From positions 316,445 through 380,444 of the forward strand of contig CBDBHZ010000012.1 in NCBI GenBank assembly GCA_965205905.1: a stretch of 64,000 nucleotides of DNA, written 5' to 3'. Positions 61,084 to 64,000 of the stretch are shown one piece after another (the first letter of the stretch is position 1; each line of letters starts with the position of its first letter). The position numbers and the translations under genes are program-made. The notes under the pieces were generated by a model that saw nothing but the letters and a program-made list of their open reading frames with translations, was not told the DNA's origin and ran no database searches. The DNA is from Alphaproteobacteria bacterium (lineage in GTDB: Bacteria > Pseudomonadota > Alphaproteobacteria > JABAAW01 > JAHZMA01).

Positions 61084-61956
61084 CTATTCATTCTCCAAAT
61101 CTAGTAATTCATATAATTCGCGTAATTCGCCTGCTGATATTTTCTGTTTAATTGCATCTTCAGCGGCGGTATCACCGCGCAAGCGGGCTTGCACCAATGC
61201 CAAACCATTTGCTGATAATTTAGCGCCATCTAGCACATAATCGGCAAATGCTTCATAGGCGAGTGGCACCCATTTTTTGACAATATCAGCCAAAATTTCG
61301 GCATAAACGCGGATTTCATATTGGGCGTGAGGGTCTTTCCGCAGTGCGATAAAATGTAGCAAATTATGCAAATCAATCTTCCAATACCATTGCGTATAAA
61401 TATTAACAGGCAGGCTTGCCCGCGCCATTTCACGCGCTAACCCCATCTCGTTAATCATCCATTGATAATCCTGATAGCTCTCTTGATTGTTTTTTTCAAT
61501 CACGCTAATAATTTTATCATTCTTTTCGCTCTCTAATTGCGTGCCACGCGCTTGCTTTTTATGCTGATGTTGCACACCAAGCTGTTCAGAATCTGGCACA
61601 TAAAATTCATTATCTAGCACCGAATAGCGTGCTGAATATTCGTTGATATTGGCGGTGCGATGCCTTACCCATTGCCGTGCGACAAAAATTGGCAATTTAA
61701 TATGAAATTTTATCTCGCACATTTCAAACGGAGTGGTATGGCGGTGGCGCATCAGATAACGGATAAGCCCGCGGTCTTCATTGACTTCTTTCGTGCCTTT
61801 ACCATACGAAACCCTTGCCGCCTGCACAATTGCGCTATCTGACCCCATATAGTCAATCAGCCTGATAAAACCTTTATCTAGCACCTTAAAAGGATTGCCC
61901 AATAAAGCATCAAGCTCTGCATTATGCGCGCGCGTGATATGAAATTCGTCTGTCAT
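61084..61956 (-). CDS. thyX: FAD-dependent thymidylate synthase ThyX
   Basis: RHRH...ARQWVRHR ThyX motif. Confidence 0.85.
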   Translation of the reverse strand: MTDEFHITRAHNAELDALLGNPFKVLDKGFIRLIDYMGSDSAIVQAARVSYGKGTKEVNEDRGLIRYLMRHRHTTPFEMCEIKFHIKLPIFVARQWVRHRTANINEYSARYSVLDNEFYVPDSEQLGVQHQHKKQARGTQLESEKNDKIISVIEKNNQESYQDYQWMINEMGLAREMARASLPVNIYTQWYWKIDLHNLLHFIALRKDPHAQYEIRVYAEILADIVKKWVPLAYEAFADYVLDGAKLSANGLALVQARLRGDTAAEDAIKQKISAGELRELYELLDLENE

Positions 61957-61974
61957 AATTTAATGATATGCCAT

Positions 61975-63384
61975 TTACAGGTGATTCGCCCGAATCGCCG
62001 CAATATATTTGCGGTAACGCAGCCAATCCTTGAAATTAAACCCATAGACATCACTCTCATCTTCAAATTTACTGATATGGTCAAGATACAGACTCGATTC
62101 CAAAAATCGCGTATATTCAACGTCTTTCAGCTGTGCTGATGGCTTAAAATCTTGGGTGAGTGGATTAATTTGCCGATTATTGCGCCTGATTTCATAATGC
62201 AAATGCGGTCCTGTGGAAAGCCCAGTTGAACCAACCCTGCCAATCACATCGCCTTGCTTCACCGTTTTACCCTCGCGAATTCGCCTATCGCCATCGGCAC
62301 GGTTTCTGCCAAAGCCATACATATGGCCATACATGGTGCTGTAACTGCCAGCATGGCGAATGATAAGATAGCGCCCATAGCCTCTGGCATTAAATCCACG
62401 TGCAACGATTCTGCCATCACCTGCCGCTTTAATGAATGTGCCTTCAGGGGCGGCAAAATCAATGCCCTTATGCTGCCGTGTATAGCCTAAAATCGGGTGT
62501 CGCCTTGCGCCAAAACCTGAGCTAATACGGCGGTTACTAACTGGCGTTTTAAGCAATGATTTACGGGCAGTTTTGCCATCACGCGCATAATAATCTGCCT
62601 CACCATCTTGATTCTGATAGCGGTAATAGGTGAATTCACGGTCATCATATAGTTTTAATGTTGCCATCCAAATATCGCCATAATCAACAAGATTGCCCTT
62701 ATTATCGTATAATTCTTCAAATAAAATGGCGAATTCAGTGCCAACCCGAATATCTTGTTGAAAGCTAATATCAAAGCTCATCAGCTCTAAAAATTCATAA
62801 TGGATGTTGGTAGGAATATCAAATTCCTTCGCCGCTTCGGAAAAATTGGTATTGATAATACCGTCAACATGTTTGATTTTTGTTACCAGACTTTTGGTGC
62901 GCTTTTGCGGTTCAAAATCATTTTCAGCTTCTAATAATAGATATTCGGTACTATCAATCGGGATATTGATGGCGACCAATTTTCGTGAATCTTCATTGGA
63001 ATTTTCATCGGCATCAATATTTTCATTGGCATCAGCATCATTATTGTTCCATAAAACCGTGATTTTCTGTCCCACGCGAATCTTATTGAGTGGAAATACA
63101 GGATTAAGTTTGCTGATAATCAGATTCTGCGTCTCATTATCAATATTGGCATCGCTTAATTTCTGCGCCATAAACTCATCTTCCAGCACTGTCATTGTCT
63201 CGGCAGTCAGCAATTCTTTATAAACGAAACGGTCACGGGTTTGCTCTAAAATGCTGAGCCCCTGCCCAAAATAGACTGAATGCGTTACTTTGGTTGGTTC
63301 GGTGTTTCTAAACCCCGCCACTGCAAAACATAGCAATATAACAAATCCCAAAAATAATAATTTCTGCATCCAATTTTGTATCAT
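61975..63384 (-). CDS. M23-family metallopeptidase (membrane-anchored)
   Basis: HKGIDFAAPEGT...GPHLHYEIR M23 motifs; N-terminal TM segment. Confidence 0.7.
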   Translation of the reverse strand: MIQNWMQKLLFLGFVILLCFAVAGFRNTEPTKVTHSVYFGQGLSILEQTRDRFVYKELLTAETMTVLEDEFMAQKLSDANIDNETQNLIISKLNPVFPLNKIRVGQKITVLWNNNDADANENIDADENSNEDSRKLVAINIPIDSTEYLLLEAENDFEPQKRTKSLVTKIKHVDGIINTNFSEAAKEFDIPTNIHYEFLELMSFDISFQQDIRVGTEFAILFEELYDNKGNLVDYGDIWMATLKLYDDREFTYYRYQNQDGEADYYARDGKTARKSLLKTPVSNRRISSGFGARRHPILGYTRQHKGIDFAAPEGTFIKAAGDGRIVARGFNARGYGRYLIIRHAGSYSTMYGHMYGFGRNRADGDRRIREGKTVKQGDVIGRVGSTGLSTGPHLHYEIRRNNRQINPLTQDFKPSAQLKDVEYTRFLESSLYLDHISKFEDESDVYGFNFKDWLRYRKYIAAIRANHL

Positions 63385-64000
63385 GATTCTACCTTACCTA
63401 TCATTCGTGACAAATATATAACGGGAAACAGCCCTGCACATATAATCATTAACGCGCCGGGTGCCGCCTGCTCAATCCTTTCATCGCTGGCATATTCAAA
63501 CACATTGATTGCCAATGTATCAAAATTAAACGGACGTAAAATAAGACTTGCTGGCAATTCTTTTAATACATCCACCATTACCAATAAGAAAATAGCCTGC
63601 ATTCCCTTATCAAGCAAGGGTAAATGAATGTTTTTCAGGATATTTGTTTTTTTTCGCCCTAATGTGGCGGCGGCATCATCGAGACGCGGCGATAATTTCT
63701 GCATATTGCTATCAAGAGTGGCAACTGCAATATGGTTGAAACGGCAGATATAGGCAATCAGCATCAGCAAAATACTGCCCGAAAGCAAAACGGCACTATC
63801 AAACAGATAATTGAGCAAATTCGCTAATTGCGACATGCCAAGCAGTAACCCAATCGCCAGTAAAATACCGGGTATCGCGTAACCAAACTGCATCACACGC
63901 ACCATCATGCCACTTTGGTAGCGGTTGCGTAAAATATGCGTCGCCACAATGCCCAATAAAACACAGATAAAAGCGGTGCTAATCCCCAGTAAAATACTAT
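63381..64000 (-). CDS. ABC transporter permease (FbpB/ThiP-like binding-protein-dependent type), C-terminal part; N-terminus lies beyond the window end
   Basis: Multi-TM with an EAA-like loop (DDAAATLGRKKTNILKNIHLPLL). The reading frame stays open through position 64000. Confidence 0.45.
   Translation of the reverse strand, partial: SILLGISTAFICVLLGIVATHILRNRYQSGMMVRVMQFGYAIPGILLAIGLLLGMSQLANLLNYLFDSAVLLSGSILLMLIAYICRFNHIAVATLDSNMQKLSPRLDDAAATLGRKKTNILKNIHLPLLDKGMQAIFLLVMVDVLKELPASLILRPFNFDTLAINVFEYASDERIEQAAPGALMIICAGLFPVIYLSRMIGKVES

Noticed and set aside
1-64000. CRISPR arrays, IS elements/transposases, integrases, prophage structural genes, rRNA/tRNA genes
   Set aside because: No regularly spaced direct repeats were found. 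No DDE or serine/tyrosine recombinase-like ORFs were found. No intergenic region has rRNA-like or tRNA-like conserved sequence.

Overview
The window is a 64-kb chromosomal segment from an alphaproteobacterium, inferred from gene order: ccrM-rnhB, bamE/cbp3-like/yceD/rpmF/plsX/fabH, ihfA-merR, glyA-nrdR-ribD-ribE-ribH-nusB-thiL, ntrX-like/trkA, ispD/ispF separate. It is moderately AT-rich and mostly housekeeping (gyrA, aspS, smc, gap, hemB, coaD, efp, thyX, hflKC, folB/folP/folK). Flagellar/chemotaxis genes are scattered through it: fliN-like, two MotB-like, cheZ, cheY, an MCP and cheW. The most unusual content is in the first 14 kb. Besides the conserved ccrM there are three more beta-class (DPPY/DPPF...FxGxG) amino-methyltransferases. 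Two are paralogues fused at the C-terminus to nuclease-superfamily domains: one to a canonical HNH motif, the other to a T5orf172/GIY-YIG-like domain. They face in divergent orientation around a fliN-gap-DUF3426 block, and a ~130-bp GC-rich nested-palindrome element lies next to one of them. A second cluster of interest is a 1322-aa secreted repeat/TPR protein with two MotB-like paralogues beside cheZ-cheY, a candidate stator-associated scaffold. No rRNA, tRNA, CRISPR array, transposase or integrase was recognised. Coordinates for starts are best guesses from in-frame Met/GTG/TTG positions and RBS-like sequences.
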